In this document: positions 12,201 to 21,289 of the stretch, piece after piece | Position numbering within the stretch: the stretch's first letter is position 1 | How the letters are laid out: each line of letters opens with the position of its first letter | Assembly (NCBI GenBank): GCA_964426385.1 | Contig: CAYRQF010000003.1 | Coordinates: forward strand, 22,938 to 86,937 | Length of the DNA stretch: 64,000 nt | Origin: an uncultured Candidatus Saccharibacteria bacterium | GTDB taxonomy: Bacteria > Patescibacteriota > Minisyncoccia > Phycocordibacterales > CSBR16-119 | Direction: 5' to 3' | The notes under the pieces: model-generated | Databases searched by the model: none | Seen by the model: the letters and a program-made list of their open reading frames with translations, nothing else | Told to the model about the DNA's origin: nothing | Translations under genes and position numbers: made by a program

Positions 12201-14989
12201 CGGGTTACGGTGCTGCGACAAGTGCTCAAGCGGACACTCAGCCACCAACCGTACCGACAGGTCTTGCTGTTACAGCAACTACAGCTTCAAGTATTTCGTT
12301 ATCTTGGAATGCTTCAACTGATGTTGGAGGAAGTATCGTACAAGGGTATCTCATTTATCGTAGCGCAACGAGCGGTGGTACATATGACACCATAGGAAGT
12401 TCTAGTGGTACTTCATATACTGATTCTGGTCTTGCCCCTAATACAACTTACTATTACAAGGTTACGGCAATTGATAACTCCCCTAACGGCAATCAGTCTG
12501 CTCAGACACAGTATGTTTCTGGTACAACTGCTGCTGTTACCGGAGGTGGCTCAGGACAGGTACTTGGTCTCATGGGTGTATACGCAGGACCAAACAACAG
12601 TGAGGACGTAACACCGGGAGCTAACCCAGCAGGTGTGTCAGACTACTACGTTGACTGCGTCGCTGGAAATGACAGTAATAATGGAACTTCAGCCGCTACT
12701 GCATGGAGAACACTAGAAAAATTCAACACTTCAGGCGCCGGCCAGATGCAACCAGGATCTAGAGCGTTCTTCAAGAGAGGATGTACGTTCTATAAAACAG
12801 ATGTATATCCGATGGGAATATATGATGGTGGAATCCTCAGGGTTTCTAACTCAGGAAATGCATCAAACTATGTAGAATATAGGGCCTACGGCACAGGAGC
12901 GGCTCCAGTATTCTCTGGCGCGGTACCTGTTACTGGCTGGACTCAACACCAGGGAAATATTTACAAGGCAAACATCGGAGCAAATAAGAACGTTCGATAC
13001 TTGTTTGCCAACAACTCTGGCCAGACACTCGCTCGCTTCCCAAACAAGAGTGCTGGTAATACAGTCTGGATGAAGACAGATCATATCACTAACCCTGGAG
13101 GAGTATCTCTCAATGTCGAAGACTCGTCTTCTACTGATGGAGCACTTCCAACCTCTACAGCAAATAACCTAGCTGGAGGTGAATATGCAGCTAGGTTTAT
13201 GAACTGGGCCTTCGTGGTTGCGCCGATTACAGCCCATTCAGGTCAGACCATTACCGTTTCATTCCAGGGTGGAATGAACCAGGTGCCATGCTACATACCA
13301 AACTGCTCTAACACCATTTATCCTGAAGCTGGCTGGGGATACTTCGTTCAGAACAAGCTATCCCTCCTAGACACCGCAGGTGAGTGGTACTACGACAATG
13401 CCTCTGGTCAACTCTACTTCTGGGCGCCAGGCGGAGTGAATCCGAGCACTATGACTGTAGAAGCGGCAGTTCACCGAAACGGTGTTCACATGCTCGGTGG
13501 TATCCATCATGTAAAGGTAAAGAACCTTGCGTTCGAGAAGTTCAACAAATTCAGTTACGGAAGTTCTGACAAGGGTGCGGCGGTGTTCATTCAAGACTGG
13601 GATGGATCGTCTGGAGTACTCAGTAACATCGTTGAGAATGTTGAGATCAAGAATACTCCTATCGGTGTTCGCGTCGAAGGTGTCGAATCAACAGGACCAT
13701 CAAACGGTAACAAAATACTCAATTCTTATATTCATGACATATTCGACATTGGAATGCTCTCATACGGTCTCGGCCACCTCTACCAGGGTAACGTGATTGA
13801 GAATATCGCTCTGGCCCCTGAGCTTGCCGCTGACACCGATGAGTGGAACCATATGTACGGCTTCGTCTCAACCGGTGGTAACGTTGACTTCATCGGCAAT
13901 ATAGTACGAAATATCGGTTACATCGGAGTTAACTATGTTCAGAACGGTGAAATCCGGAATAACTTAATCGAAAACATATCTCTAACTATTAACGATGGTT
14001 GTGGTATCTGCGCCGATGGAGCAGAGAATGATCTCCTCGTGAAGAGAAATGTTGTTAACCATGTGTACGGAAACATTGTTGGCCTACCTTCAACATTCGT
14101 TCATGCGACAGCGCTTGGCTCAGGTATATCAACAGGCGATAGGAATAGTATCGGTGGAATCTTCGAGGAGAATGTTGTTAACGATGCTGGAAACTCTGGT
14201 ATCACGTTCGACAACAATACCTTCTCGGCGAATATGCAGATGAGGAATAACACGATTTACACGAATCAGCCGGGTAACTCTAACGGTGCTAAGGGTATCT
14301 CAATGTATGATCAGTCTGTGGGCGTATATCACCCAGGAGAGAACAATGCCCAGTCACTCTATGACTTCGATTTGGGTCACAGTGTATACGGTAACAAGGT
14401 TTACACACTACATCAGAACAACAACAGTCTCTATGAGGCACGCGTTCTAACTTCTACAAGTGGTGGACATACAGACTTTGGAGATTATTGGGGCAATTAC
14501 TTCTTCCACCCATACTCTACTAACACAATCGTGAATTATCGACCAGCACCGTTGGTAACCACAGGAGACCTTATCTGGACTCTCACAAATGCACCAGTTT
14601 ATTCAACGGCAAGCACGAACACATCTTCCGGCACTGTGTCAACAGGAACAAAAGGTTATATCTCAGGTACTGAGTCAAACTACCGATGGTTCGTAACTTT
14701 CAACAACGGACAATCTGGCTGGATGAGGTCTTATGAAATCGCAATGGCAAAGAAGAACATCGCAGAATTCCAGCAGGTTTATAACCAGCCTCCATCCGGA
14801 CAGCCTCAGAACACACAGCGTGGAGTAGGGGATTCACTGCCGACGCTTTATGTCAACACAACTGGCTCTCCGATGTCCGCGAATATCGGTTCCGGTAAGT
14901 GCGGAAGTAATGGTCAGACACTCGCAAATCCTTACCCACTTAACACCTTTGCTGATGCGATTGTTCCAGAGATATGTAGCGAGCAATAA
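6221..14989 (+). CDS. Giant secreted multidomain surface protein (2922 aa): repeated Ig-like modules, dockerin/EF-hand-like module, FN3 repeats, C25-like alpha/beta domain, right-handed beta-helix
   Basis: N-terminal signal/TM; FN3 patterns (LTW..., YY.V.A.D); GDVNNDG and DLNMDS loops; YYVDCVAGNDSNNGTSAATAWRT beta-helix cap. Confidence 0.85.
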   Translation: MKLQRAFFLVIALVFLVGFTVTVSGPGGASQRAQVTGAVSNQSIRGYSLVNADTDTIIGPLSDGQTIDLAELGTNHVNIVAETSPSVVGSVAFHLDDLARVVKNSAPYALGGHNNAGNFYAANLSVGDHTLKTQAFTLARARGLGSAVSEIRFSVVGGSPRSSGGQTQASSDSTTPISNTQQTHSTPGNVANVTGAEVQEIKSFTLINADTNQEIVAIENGAVLDIQNLGTTNLTIRANATPTNVGSVKFYLDSVAVRTDNLFPYTNVASTTTDDYRPWSFTPGQEYSITAIPFSLSRARGVEGTPLTVSFTIGQNPVGGHEPVVGRSMDPSVPAMGCLTATVTNDPNGGNNPGTITIDWPDVSGHPYYKAWRIQNGQVEVSTENQGGAVTYNSMTPGTWTIRVAFLEAGALPNTSADWGPESEISNLVISTSIPGPVTTTTCGQEPVESAQLKVFLGGAYNSSTGLMSTALNDANVIPLTEPYTGEGYQFTNGSGSSISSGVLNATGNDAIVDWVIVELRNQNNNLDIVSSRPALLQADGEVVGLNGTTPIFDSFSSGTYYVVVHHRNHLAVMTANPVNISNSVDLTNSTLWGTNAAKLVSGTKVLWPGDVNNDGLVKYTGGNNDRDPILQVVGSNTPNNVVTNAYAKADLNMDSTVKHTGTKNDRDIIFQSIGSVDPTVVNVEQLPQPSSTTITSIQVVNTQGVVQQTLSAGQTINIGTQNGGYGTSIALKANTSTSPVPGSVKYTLTRAGNTHENIDNAAPFSSHGDTGGNYTAWTSLQPGAYHLTALPYDGANATGASGTGADFDFVVVNNDTVAPLAPQNVSINYRSADEIRLSWSPSVGATNYQVVRTGNGQTFPLQSGTTFNDTTGLTSNGTFSYVVTAINSNGQVSPNSTSIDAPTLSPAFTAGTLVAPNANNTQVRALPENPTLVGTVNTTNNGSVVTGTSPSGHVVWVKGVTPAPDVRYLRTTFTSPALSGPGWVDQTKLITYVAPAAPLPPTNFTGSGTSTSNINLTWTDVATNETGYEVQRAALTDTNFTSPTTTTYGPNSNATSISTGLSAGTAYLFRIRAVSSTSGLNSVWVYSAPASISTQAAQTAPNAPTNLTGSASSTSQINLSWTDNANNETGFTLNRATAPDFSSGFVTTNVPANSPTAPSTVNHPVTGLAAGQTYYFQVKAINGTGDSAWATPNPLSVATQNVVAGTCNPGTVAPMLPPNNSPVNDLSRTNGANRSVQLSSAVTGANQITICWDTVAQRTISGSISVYRKSGYTSTSWGTAIATLANTETSYVDNSVTQGTYYEYKVSFSQSSTSSASGVSTNGTAAGYIATGINVPEESSRGKMALVIDNSMVTGTNGSAPTGGDSALMSKVNTLIDDLNADRWTVYPIYVGRGDTVASVKALIVAQNPAAIYLLGHVPVDKTHTMSPDGHGDQIPWSSDAYYSVSGTYGTTVAPVYQIGRVDAFKMEVFGAGNPSSDATAATAGEKTVIGNYLDKVHNYKIGSTTVQQRAIIKDALDHAYSGFTSAQNATVGAWSTFPSVVGLANTYVTNERGTLLTPSLQGSNDTYLLMLAQSGGQCDRDNDSATGTSAGFAAISGGAVFNMAGGSRFGSFDNCISFRENNFLKALLFGGKGMVSLYSLDHHWYLHSLAMGQNIGYATKVSMNNHSTQVYTPVSWYQQRNYNAFMSPLGDPSIRASYFTIPSTFTASGTAGNPINFSWSSVSGAEGYNVYKITSSAVTKLNSSMIASTSYTGSEIYTSGAKYMVTALDLTTSGSGGTYYRESLGKMTLTTGGGGGDLAAPTTPGSFAVSGTTASSVNLTWTASTGNPVGEAVTYKILRSSATNGTYTQVGTDTASPYSDTTVTAGNTYYYRITASDAASNTSQPAPSASTGISATTVDNQAPSAPAGLMSTAQTTGSITLTWNASTGNPVGETINYKVFRSTTANGTYTQTGSSTTNTTFTDSGLTAGTTYYYKVSATDASNNSSAQNPSSGYGAATSAQADTQPPTVPTGLAVTATTASSISLSWNASTDVGGSIVQGYLIYRSATSGGTYDTIGSSSGTSYTDSGLAPNTTYYYKVTAIDNSPNGNQSAQTQYVSGTTAAVTGGGSGQVLGLMGVYAGPNNSEDVTPGANPAGVSDYYVDCVAGNDSNNGTSAATAWRTLEKFNTSGAGQMQPGSRAFFKRGCTFYKTDVYPMGIYDGGILRVSNSGNASNYVEYRAYGTGAAPVFSGAVPVTGWTQHQGNIYKANIGANKNVRYLFANNSGQTLARFPNKSAGNTVWMKTDHITNPGGVSLNVEDSSSTDGALPTSTANNLAGGEYAARFMNWAFVVAPITAHSGQTITVSFQGGMNQVPCYIPNCSNTIYPEAGWGYFVQNKLSLLDTAGEWYYDNASGQLYFWAPGGVNPSTMTVEAAVHRNGVHMLGGIHHVKVKNLAFEKFNKFSYGSSDKGAAVFIQDWDGSSGVLSNIVENVEIKNTPIGVRVEGVESTGPSNGNKILNSYIHDIFDIGMLSYGLGHLYQGNVIENIALAPELAADTDEWNHMYGFVSTGGNVDFIGNIVRNIGYIGVNYVQNGEIRNNLIENISLTINDGCGICADGAENDLLVKRNVVNHVYGNIVGLPSTFVHATALGSGISTGDRNSIGGIFEENVVNDAGNSGITFDNNTFSANMQMRNNTIYTNQPGNSNGAKGISMYDQSVGVYHPGENNAQSLYDFDLGHSVYGNKVYTLHQNNNSLYEARVLTSTSGGHTDFGDYWGNYFFHPYSTNTIVNYRPAPLVTTGDLIWTLTNAPVYSTASTNTSSGTVSTGTKGYISGTESNYRWFVTFNNGQSGWMRSYEIAMAKKNIAEFQQVYNQPPSGQPQNTQRGVGDSLPTLYVNTTGSPMSANIGSGKCGSNGQTLANPYPLNTFADAIVPEICSEQ

Positions 14990-15014
14990 AATTATCAGTT
15001 AATATTGAACATAT

Positions 15015-15623
15015 ATGAAAAACTCTCTAATCTTTCTGGTCATCGCAGTTGTGATTGTCGCGGGATACATGTTACTAAAGAAGTCGATCGATAAGGGCAA
15101 CACTCCTGACGCATCCGACTTTGAAAGTTCACAGACTGAAATCGGTGGAAAGCGACTAGAATCTCCATCGGCAAACGAAAGTGGGACTTATAAAGTAGAT
15201 CAGAAAGCATCTTCTATACACTTCATTCCTTCATCTGGAGATACTGTAGAGTTTGATCTAAAATCAGGAGAGCTACTTGTTCAATCAGGCGATATTGTCG
15301 GCGGGAAGACCATAGCCTCTTCCTCTCGTATGGATAAGTTGCCTGGTTTCGAGATGGTATCTAGCGATGAAGTACAGCTCGAGGTAAAGTCGCTGGTGTT
15401 CGAGAGGGCACGAAGTACCTCAGATAACCTAGTTTATAGAACGGATACAGAGCTTACAGTTAATGGAAAAACTTACCCAGTATCGTTTGATTCTATTTTT
15501 AGATATCAGGCGGGTGAGTATTATATAACCGGCCAAGCAACACCAGATTGGAAGAATTGGGGAATCAATCTTGCTCCTGGGCAAACAATGTCGGTAGATA
15601 TAACCATTCTCGCAAAAAAATAA
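15015..15623 (+). CDS. Membrane-anchored hypothetical protein, divergent YceI-like
   Basis: N-terminal TM; GTYKVDQKASSIHF and ELTVNGKTYPVSF resemble YceI strands. Confidence 0.5.
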   Translation: MKNSLIFLVIAVVIVAGYMLLKKSIDKGNTPDASDFESSQTEIGGKRLESPSANESGTYKVDQKASSIHFIPSSGDTVEFDLKSGELLVQSGDIVGGKTIASSSRMDKLPGFEMVSSDEVQLEVKSLVFERARSTSDNLVYRTDTELTVNGKTYPVSFDSIFRYQAGEYYITGQATPDWKNWGINLAPGQTMSVDITILAKK

Positions 15624-15674
15624 TCTTCTATAACACAAAAGCCCCGACCGGGGCTTTTGTGTTATAATCCTCCC

Positions 15675-16091
15675 ATGACACAGGGTGAAAAGGTGGCCAA
15701 TGCCGATGACTTCAAAATAGTTAGGCCAAAAAAGGGTCTCGGAATGGGGCTTGTAACGCTACGCTCATGGAAGAAGGGTGAGAAAATTATCGAATATATC
15801 GGCATCAGGAAGACGAATAAATCTGTAGAAGGGGATGAGACTAAATATCTCTTCGAGGTGAACAGTAAGTATACTGTCGACGGAAGTCCTCGTTGGAATA
15901 TCGCCAGATACATCAATCATTCGTGCTTGCCGAATGCCGAAGCGGATATCATAAAAGGGAAGATCTGGATCAAGGCAGAGAAGAATATCTTGGCAGGGGA
16001 AGAACTGACTTATGATTATGGAAAAGAGTATTTTGATGAGTTTATAAAGCCATCTGGCTGTAAGTGCCAGAAGTGCGATAAGAATAAATAA
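15675..16091 (+). CDS. SET-domain protein-lysine methyltransferase-like protein
   Basis: GLGMGL, ARYINHSCLPN, GEELTYDYG and a post-SET CKCQKC; start placed at the ATG 6 nt after TATAAT. Confidence 0.92.
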   Translation: MTQGEKVANADDFKIVRPKKGLGMGLVTLRSWKKGEKIIEYIGIRKTNKSVEGDETKYLFEVNSKYTVDGSPRWNIARYINHSCLPNAEADIIKGKIWIKAEKNILAGEELTYDYGKEYFDEFIKPSGCKCQKCDKNK

Positions 16092-16092
16092 T

Positions 16093-16803
16093 ATGGAAAT
16101 ACAAGAGAAACCAACACAGGATACTCCAACCGAAAGTACGAACCCGCCCGAAATTAAGAAGAGTGCCCTCGGACTACCCGGAGCTATCGTCATAGCCGGC
16201 CTTATTATAGGTGGGGCGATATTTATGAATAAAACTAGTGGTTTCTCCGTTGACTCAGAGATGAATCCGCTTGATCTAGTCGCAGAGGTTTCTAGCGAAG
16301 ATGTCGTGAGGGGGGATGCGAAAGCCGAGGTCACTATTATCGAGTATGCAGATTTTTCTTGTCACTTCTGCGCACAGTATCATCCAACCCTTCAGCGAAT
16401 AGTTTCGGAGTCAGACGGCAATGTACAGTGGGTTTACCGTCATCTTCCGATATTTAACAAAGAGGCCGCCATGGCTAGTTCCTGTGTAGCCAAACTAGGG
16501 GGAAATGAGGCGTTCTGGAGTTACGCCGACATGCTTTATCAGAACACGGATAAGTTTAGTGCAGTTTTTTATGAAAATGGAGCCCAAGATCTAGGCATCG
16601 AAGTCAGTGCGTATAATGCCTGTTTGAGTGATGAGACCCTAAAGTCGAAAATAGATAGGGAGTTCACACAGGCGAGGCTTCTTCTAGGGTTTAACGCCAC
16701 ACCATATACAGTACTGATTGACAAGGATGGCAGGAAATTCTCATTTGCTGGAGCCCTGCCGTATGAGGACCTTATGAGTGCTATTGAGGGTTTGGCAAAA
16801 TAG
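16093..16803 (+). CDS. DsbA-family thioredoxin-fold protein
   Basis: EYADFSCHFC active site, ATP cis-Pro loop, N-terminal TM. Confidence 0.9.
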   Translation: MEIQEKPTQDTPTESTNPPEIKKSALGLPGAIVIAGLIIGGAIFMNKTSGFSVDSEMNPLDLVAEVSSEDVVRGDAKAEVTIIEYADFSCHFCAQYHPTLQRIVSESDGNVQWVYRHLPIFNKEAAMASSCVAKLGGNEAFWSYADMLYQNTDKFSAVFYENGAQDLGIEVSAYNACLSDETLKSKIDREFTQARLLLGFNATPYTVLIDKDGRKFSFAGALPYEDLMSAIEGLAK

Positions 16804-16878
16804 CGAAAGTGCTATAATGACCTCGATTAGATGGGATGCGTAACTAACCCGTCTATTTATAATTAATAACTTTAAAAC

Positions 16879-17382
16879 ATGAAATTAATGTATTCAATAA
16901 TTATCGTGCTCGTCGCAGCTGCAGTTCTGTTCTATGTACTTAAAAAAACTGATAAAACTGAAATACAAACTATGCAATACCAAGATACAAGCGCTAGTAC
17001 ACCTGGCGATAATATGACTCCGGAACCTACACCAGCACCTCAGCCTACAACTGCTGGTACAGAGATGCTTATGACCACGACCAGAGAAGGGTCTGGAGAG
17101 GGTGCTAAAGATGGCGACACACTATCTGTGCACTATACTGGCTACCTAGAGGATGGGACTAAGTTCGATTCTAGTGTAGATCGCGGAACACCATTCGAAC
17201 TTACACTCGGTTCTGGGATGGTTATTCAGGGCTGGGATATTGGTCTCAAGGGTATGAAAAAGGGTGAGATGAGGAAACTCGTCATACCTTCGAAATATGC
17301 TTATGGTGAGAACGGATTCCCTGGAGTTATCCCGCCTAACGCTACTCTCATATTCGAAGTTGAGTTAGTAGATATCAAATAA
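16879..17382 (+). CDS. FKBP-type peptidyl-prolyl isomerase with N-terminal anchor
   Basis: [35 protein letters not shown]. Confidence 0.95.
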   Translation: MKLMYSIIIVLVAAAVLFYVLKKTDKTEIQTMQYQDTSASTPGDNMTPEPTPAPQPTTAGTEMLMTTTREGSGEGAKDGDTLSVHYTGYLEDGTKFDSSVDRGTPFELTLGSGMVIQGWDIGLKGMKKGEMRKLVIPSKYAYGENGFPGVIPPNATLIFEVELVDIK

Positions 17383-17388
17383 TCTATC

Positions 17389-18063
17389 ATGGAAATACGC
17401 ACTAAGGAGGTATTGAGACTGGGCTGGACCAAGACCAAGGAAAATCTCTGGTTCATCATCGCTTTTGAGCTTCTTGCCTTCGCTGTTACAGGAGCGGGCA
17501 TGCATATATTTGGCGATGAGTCACTTTTTGGCTTCATCGTTAGTACTCTTGTCGGATTCGTATTCACGAGTGTTTTCCTACGGATTAGTCGGGGTGAGAA
17601 GATAGACTTCAATAATATATTTGTAGGATTTTCAGGTAATAAGTTCTTCCATTACTTGCTAGCAACTATCGTGGTCGGCCTGTTCGTGATAGCCGGAATC
17701 ATACTACTCGTCGTGCCTGGTGTGATAGTCGCCCTGGCTACATGTTTCGCAAGTTACGTTATCATCGACATGGATAAAAACGTGCCTGTTGTTGGTAGGT
17801 CATTTTGGGTCGCGATAAAGGAAAGCTACCAGATGACCAAGGGTATGAAATGGAGATTGTTTGGATTCTTCCTCGTACTTTTCGGAATCAATATTCTTGG
17901 AGCGATAGCTTTGATAGTCGGACTATTGGTGACAATCCCAGTCAGCATGATTGCCCTCGCAGCTGTATATAATAAGCTGAAAGCCAGAGTTGTTGAGCCG
18001 ACAGTAGTCGTGGCTGATCCAGTGAGTAATTCTACAGAGTCTCAATCGTCTACAATCTCGTAG
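17389..18063 (+). CDS. Integral membrane protein (DUF975-like)
   Basis: Multiple TM helices, AIKESYQMTKGMKW motif. Confidence 0.6.
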   Translation: MEIRTKEVLRLGWTKTKENLWFIIAFELLAFAVTGAGMHIFGDESLFGFIVSTLVGFVFTSVFLRISRGEKIDFNNIFVGFSGNKFFHYLLATIVVGLFVIAGIILLVVPGVIVALATCFASYVIIDMDKNVPVVGRSFWVAIKESYQMTKGMKWRLFGFFLVLFGINILGAIALIVGLLVTIPVSMIALAAVYNKLKARVVEPTVVVADPVSNSTESQSSTIS

Positions 18064-18084
18064 TTAATAAATTATATAAATAAT

Positions 18085-18876
18085 ATGGAATCAGCATATC
18101 AAAAGACGATAAAAAACGCGGTTTTAGCCCTGACAGTGCTCCTAGTACTATTGTCGGTTTTTGTCGTATTCAAGGTTTTTGGCGAGATGAATGTCGTAAA
18201 CGCAGATGAGCAGAATACTATCACTGTAGAGGGGGATGCAGAGGTGTTCTCTGCGCCAAACATCGCAACTATCTCATTTAGCGTACGCGCTGAGAATCTC
18301 GACCTAGTCAAAGCCCAAGAAGAAGCTGAGCTATCTGTTTCTGCCGCGATTGACGCTATGACGGCACTCGGCGTGGAGGAGAAGGATATCCAGACAACAT
18401 ACTACAATGCTAACCCTCGTTATGAATGGGACAACAAGTGTGGACAGTATGGATGTGAGACTGGAGATAGAAAACTCGTCGGTTATGAAGTTAGTGAAAC
18501 TGTTACTGTCAAAGTTAGAGACCTAGCCAAAGCGTCACCTGTTATCGGCGCTCTCGGCACCGCCAAGGTTACTGATATCCAGGGACCAAGCTTCGACATA
18601 GAGGATCGCGATGCCCTAATGCAGGAAGCTCGCAAGGAAGCCATAAAAGAAGCAAAAGAGAAGGCAAAAGTCCTCGCCGATGAGCTCGGTGTGAACCTAG
18701 GCAGAATCGTTCAGTACTATGACTCTAATAGTGGTGGATACCCAGTACCGATGTACGCCAAAGCAGAAATGGATATGGCTGTATCTCAGGAATCAAGAGA
18801 TTCAGTCGCCCCAACCATCGTAGCTGGCGAGAACCGCATCTATTCATCTGTTTCGATAGTGTACAAGATTAAATAA
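18085..18876 (+). CDS. SIMPL (DUF541) domain protein
   Basis: TITVEGDAEV..PNIATISFSV; AIKEAKEKAKVLA. Confidence 0.9.
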   Translation: MESAYQKTIKNAVLALTVLLVLLSVFVVFKVFGEMNVVNADEQNTITVEGDAEVFSAPNIATISFSVRAENLDLVKAQEEAELSVSAAIDAMTALGVEEKDIQTTYYNANPRYEWDNKCGQYGCETGDRKLVGYEVSETVTVKVRDLAKASPVIGALGTAKVTDIQGPSFDIEDRDALMQEARKEAIKEAKEKAKVLADELGVNLGRIVQYYDSNSGGYPVPMYAKAEMDMAVSQESRDSVAPTIVAGENRIYSSVSIVYKIK

Positions 18877-18947
18877 CAAGCAGATTCTAGAAAGGCCCCG
18901 CAAGGGGCTTTTCGTATGGGAAACAAGGATTTGATACAATATAACTT

Positions 18948-19643
18948 ATGCAAGAAATTACGATATTTACAGATGGTAGTTCTCTCGGTAATCCGGGTCC
19001 TGGTGGATGGGGGACGATAATTTGGAATAAGGGCAAGAAAGAGGTGGTAGAACTCGGCGGACACCATCCGAAAACGACGAACAACAGGATGGAGATGACG
19101 GCTGCCATTGAGGCTTTGGGCTACCTCGAAAGTCTCAGTCAGGAGGAGCTCGAGATTACCGTCTTCACCGATTCACAGTATCTCATAAACGGTATAACCA
19201 AATGGGTCTATGGCTGGGAAGAGTCTGGTTGGGTCACGAAAAAGAAGGAGTCGGTACTCAACAAGGACCTCTGGCAGATATTGGTCACCAAGACTCGTAA
19301 TCTCGAGATAGAGTGGAAATACGTCGAGGGTCACGCCGGCATCGCAGGTAACGACAGAGTAGATGCTATCGCGACCGAATACGCCGCTGGTAGAAGCCCA
19401 GCGCTATTCAAAGGGCGTTTCGAGGGGTATGACATAGACCTCAAAAACCTGACGCCATTATTCGCTTCGAAGGGTAAGAAAGATGGTAAGGTTTACTCAT
19501 ATCTAAGCCAAGTAGATGGTGAGATTCAAACCCACAAGACTTGGGCAGAGTGCGAGGCGAGAGTTAAAGGCAAAAAGGCCAAATTCAAAAAAACATTTTC
19601 CAAGTCCGACGAAGAGGAGATCATAAAAGAGTGGCTCGGATAG
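18948..19643 (+). CDS. rnhA: Ribonuclease HI with C-terminal hybrid-binding-like domain
   Basis: FTDGSSLGNPGPGGWG, TTNNRME, TDSQY, GHAG..GNDRVD. Confidence 0.95.
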   Translation: MQEITIFTDGSSLGNPGPGGWGTIIWNKGKKEVVELGGHHPKTTNNRMEMTAAIEALGYLESLSQEELEITVFTDSQYLINGITKWVYGWEESGWVTKKKESVLNKDLWQILVTKTRNLEIEWKYVEGHAGIAGNDRVDAIATEYAAGRSPALFKGRFEGYDIDLKNLTPLFASKGKKDGKVYSYLSQVDGEIQTHKTWAECEARVKGKKAKFKKTFSKSDEEEIIKEWLG

Positions 19644-19673
19644 GGTATTAAAAGCCTAGCTTTTATCTGCTTG

Positions 19674-19790
19674 TCCCGTTAGAGATGCTTCGTTAAAATT
19701 TTAAGAGTCGGAGAACTATAAGATGTTCATTTATTATTTGCAAAATAATAATTTAATACGCAAACCGAAGGTTTGCTATCTCTAACGGGA
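19674..19790. repeat. 117 bp element with terminal inverted repeats, copy 1
   Basis: TCCCGTTAGAGAT ... ATCTCTAACGGGA, a perfect 13 bp inverted repeat; the last A is the A of the comEC ATG. Confidence 0.85.
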
Positions 19791-21289
19791 TGAAAAGTAG
19801 AATATTTCTTTCTATAGTTTTCGGGTTCTTGGTGGGTGTACTCCTAAGTTCGTTTTATACGTTCGGCCTCGCTATCGTCGGGCTAGTGGCACTAATAGGC
19901 CTAACTTTTCTCATCATCAGCATATTTGAGCATAACCTTCGCACGACATTTATTATTATTTCAATATTTCTTCTTTGCTCCTCAGCTGGGATACTCCGGT
20001 TTCATGCCAAGGATGCAGGTGAACCGAAGAATACACTGGATAATTTCGTAAACGAAAGCGTAGTTCTCGAGGGCGTGATTCTGAGTGAAGTCGAGAGACG
20101 TGAGGGAAGTCAGCGTGTCGTACTATCGGCTAATAATATAACTCTACGTGACGTCGTATATCCGATAAATCAAAAGATTCTAGTTTCGACAGAATTATTC
20201 CCAGAGTTTTCTTATGGTGAGAGAGTGTCAGTGAGCGGAAAGCTAGAGAAGCCCGAGAATTTCATAACTGATGTCGGTAAAGAGTTCGACTATGTGAACT
20301 ATCTAAAAAGAGAAAGTATCTATTACATCACTTCATTTGCAGAGGTAGAATTTGAAAGTGATGGCCATGGTAGCCGACTCAAGACAAGCATTCTGTCGAT
20401 CAAGAAAAAGTTCCTCAGCTCGATCGAGCGCGCCGTACCGGCTCCAGAATCTGCCCTCCTTTCCGGACTATTGCTCGGAGTGAAGTCCTCACTCGGAGAC
20501 CGGTTACAACAGGATTTCGTCAATACCGGGTTGGTACATATCATTGTTCTCTCAGGATACAATGTCACGATTATTGCTGAGGCGCTTATCAAGATGCTAT
20601 CGTTCGCCTCTATATCTGCCGGCATATATTTTGGCTCGCTCGCGATCATCCTGTTCGCTATCATGACTGGTGCCGGAGCCACAATCATCCGTGCCAGTAT
20701 CATGGCGATACTCGCACTCGTCGCGAGAGCTACAGGGAGAAATTATGATATAACTCGTGCACTACTTATCGCTGGCGTCGTGATGATCATCCAGAATCCA
20801 TATATCCTGGTTTTCGATATATCATTTCAGTTGTCGTTCCTCGCTACGCTCGGGCTCATATATGTTTCACCGATATTTCAGAAATGGTTTCATTTTCTTC
20901 CTGAAAGGTTCGGTATCAGAGAAGTCGCCGGGGCGACCGTCGGAGTGCAGGCTTTTGTTCTGCCTTTTATCCTCTACAAGATGGGCAACCTTTCCCTCAT
21001 AGCCCCGATTACAAATGTACTAGTTTTACCCTTTATTCCGGTGACGATGCTTCTCGGATTCCTCGCCGGATCAGTATCTTTTATCCTGCCAGTATTGGGA
21101 TTACCATTCGCCTGGGCCACATATTTATTGCTACATGGAGAGATCTGGATCGTAGAGACGTTCTCACGGATACCGTTCGGGAGTATTGAGATTATGCGTT
21201 TTCCGTTAGTGCTCGTTATTATTTTCTACGCCGTTATAACCTGGCTTCTGTGTAGATATTATAGGAAAATAGAAAAGCGCATTGTATGA
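19790..21289 (+). CDS. comEC: ComEC/Rec2 DNA uptake channel (DUF4131 + Competence domains)
   Basis: TGLVHIIVLSGYNV, IIRASIM, DISFQLSFLAT. Confidence 0.95.
   Translation: MKSRIFLSIVFGFLVGVLLSSFYTFGLAIVGLVALIGLTFLIISIFEHNLRTTFIIISIFLLCSSAGILRFHAKDAGEPKNTLDNFVNESVVLEGVILSEVERREGSQRVVLSANNITLRDVVYPINQKILVSTELFPEFSYGERVSVSGKLEKPENFITDVGKEFDYVNYLKRESIYYITSFAEVEFESDGHGSRLKTSILSIKKKFLSSIERAVPAPESALLSGLLLGVKSSLGDRLQQDFVNTGLVHIIVLSGYNVTIIAEALIKMLSFASISAGIYFGSLAIILFAIMTGAGATIIRASIMAILALVARATGRNYDITRALLIAGVVMIIQNPYILVFDISFQLSFLATLGLIYVSPIFQKWFHFLPERFGIREVAGATVGVQAFVLPFILYKMGNLSLIAPITNVLVLPFIPVTMLLGFLAGSVSFILPVLGLPFAWATYLLLHGEIWIVETFSRIPFGSIEIMRFPLVLVIIFYAVITWLLCRYYRKIEKRIV

Noticed and set aside
11600-12540. 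Internal DNA repeats in the giant gene as mobile elements
   Set aside because: They are tandem FN3 domain duplications (WTASTGNPVGE / WNASTGNPVGE).
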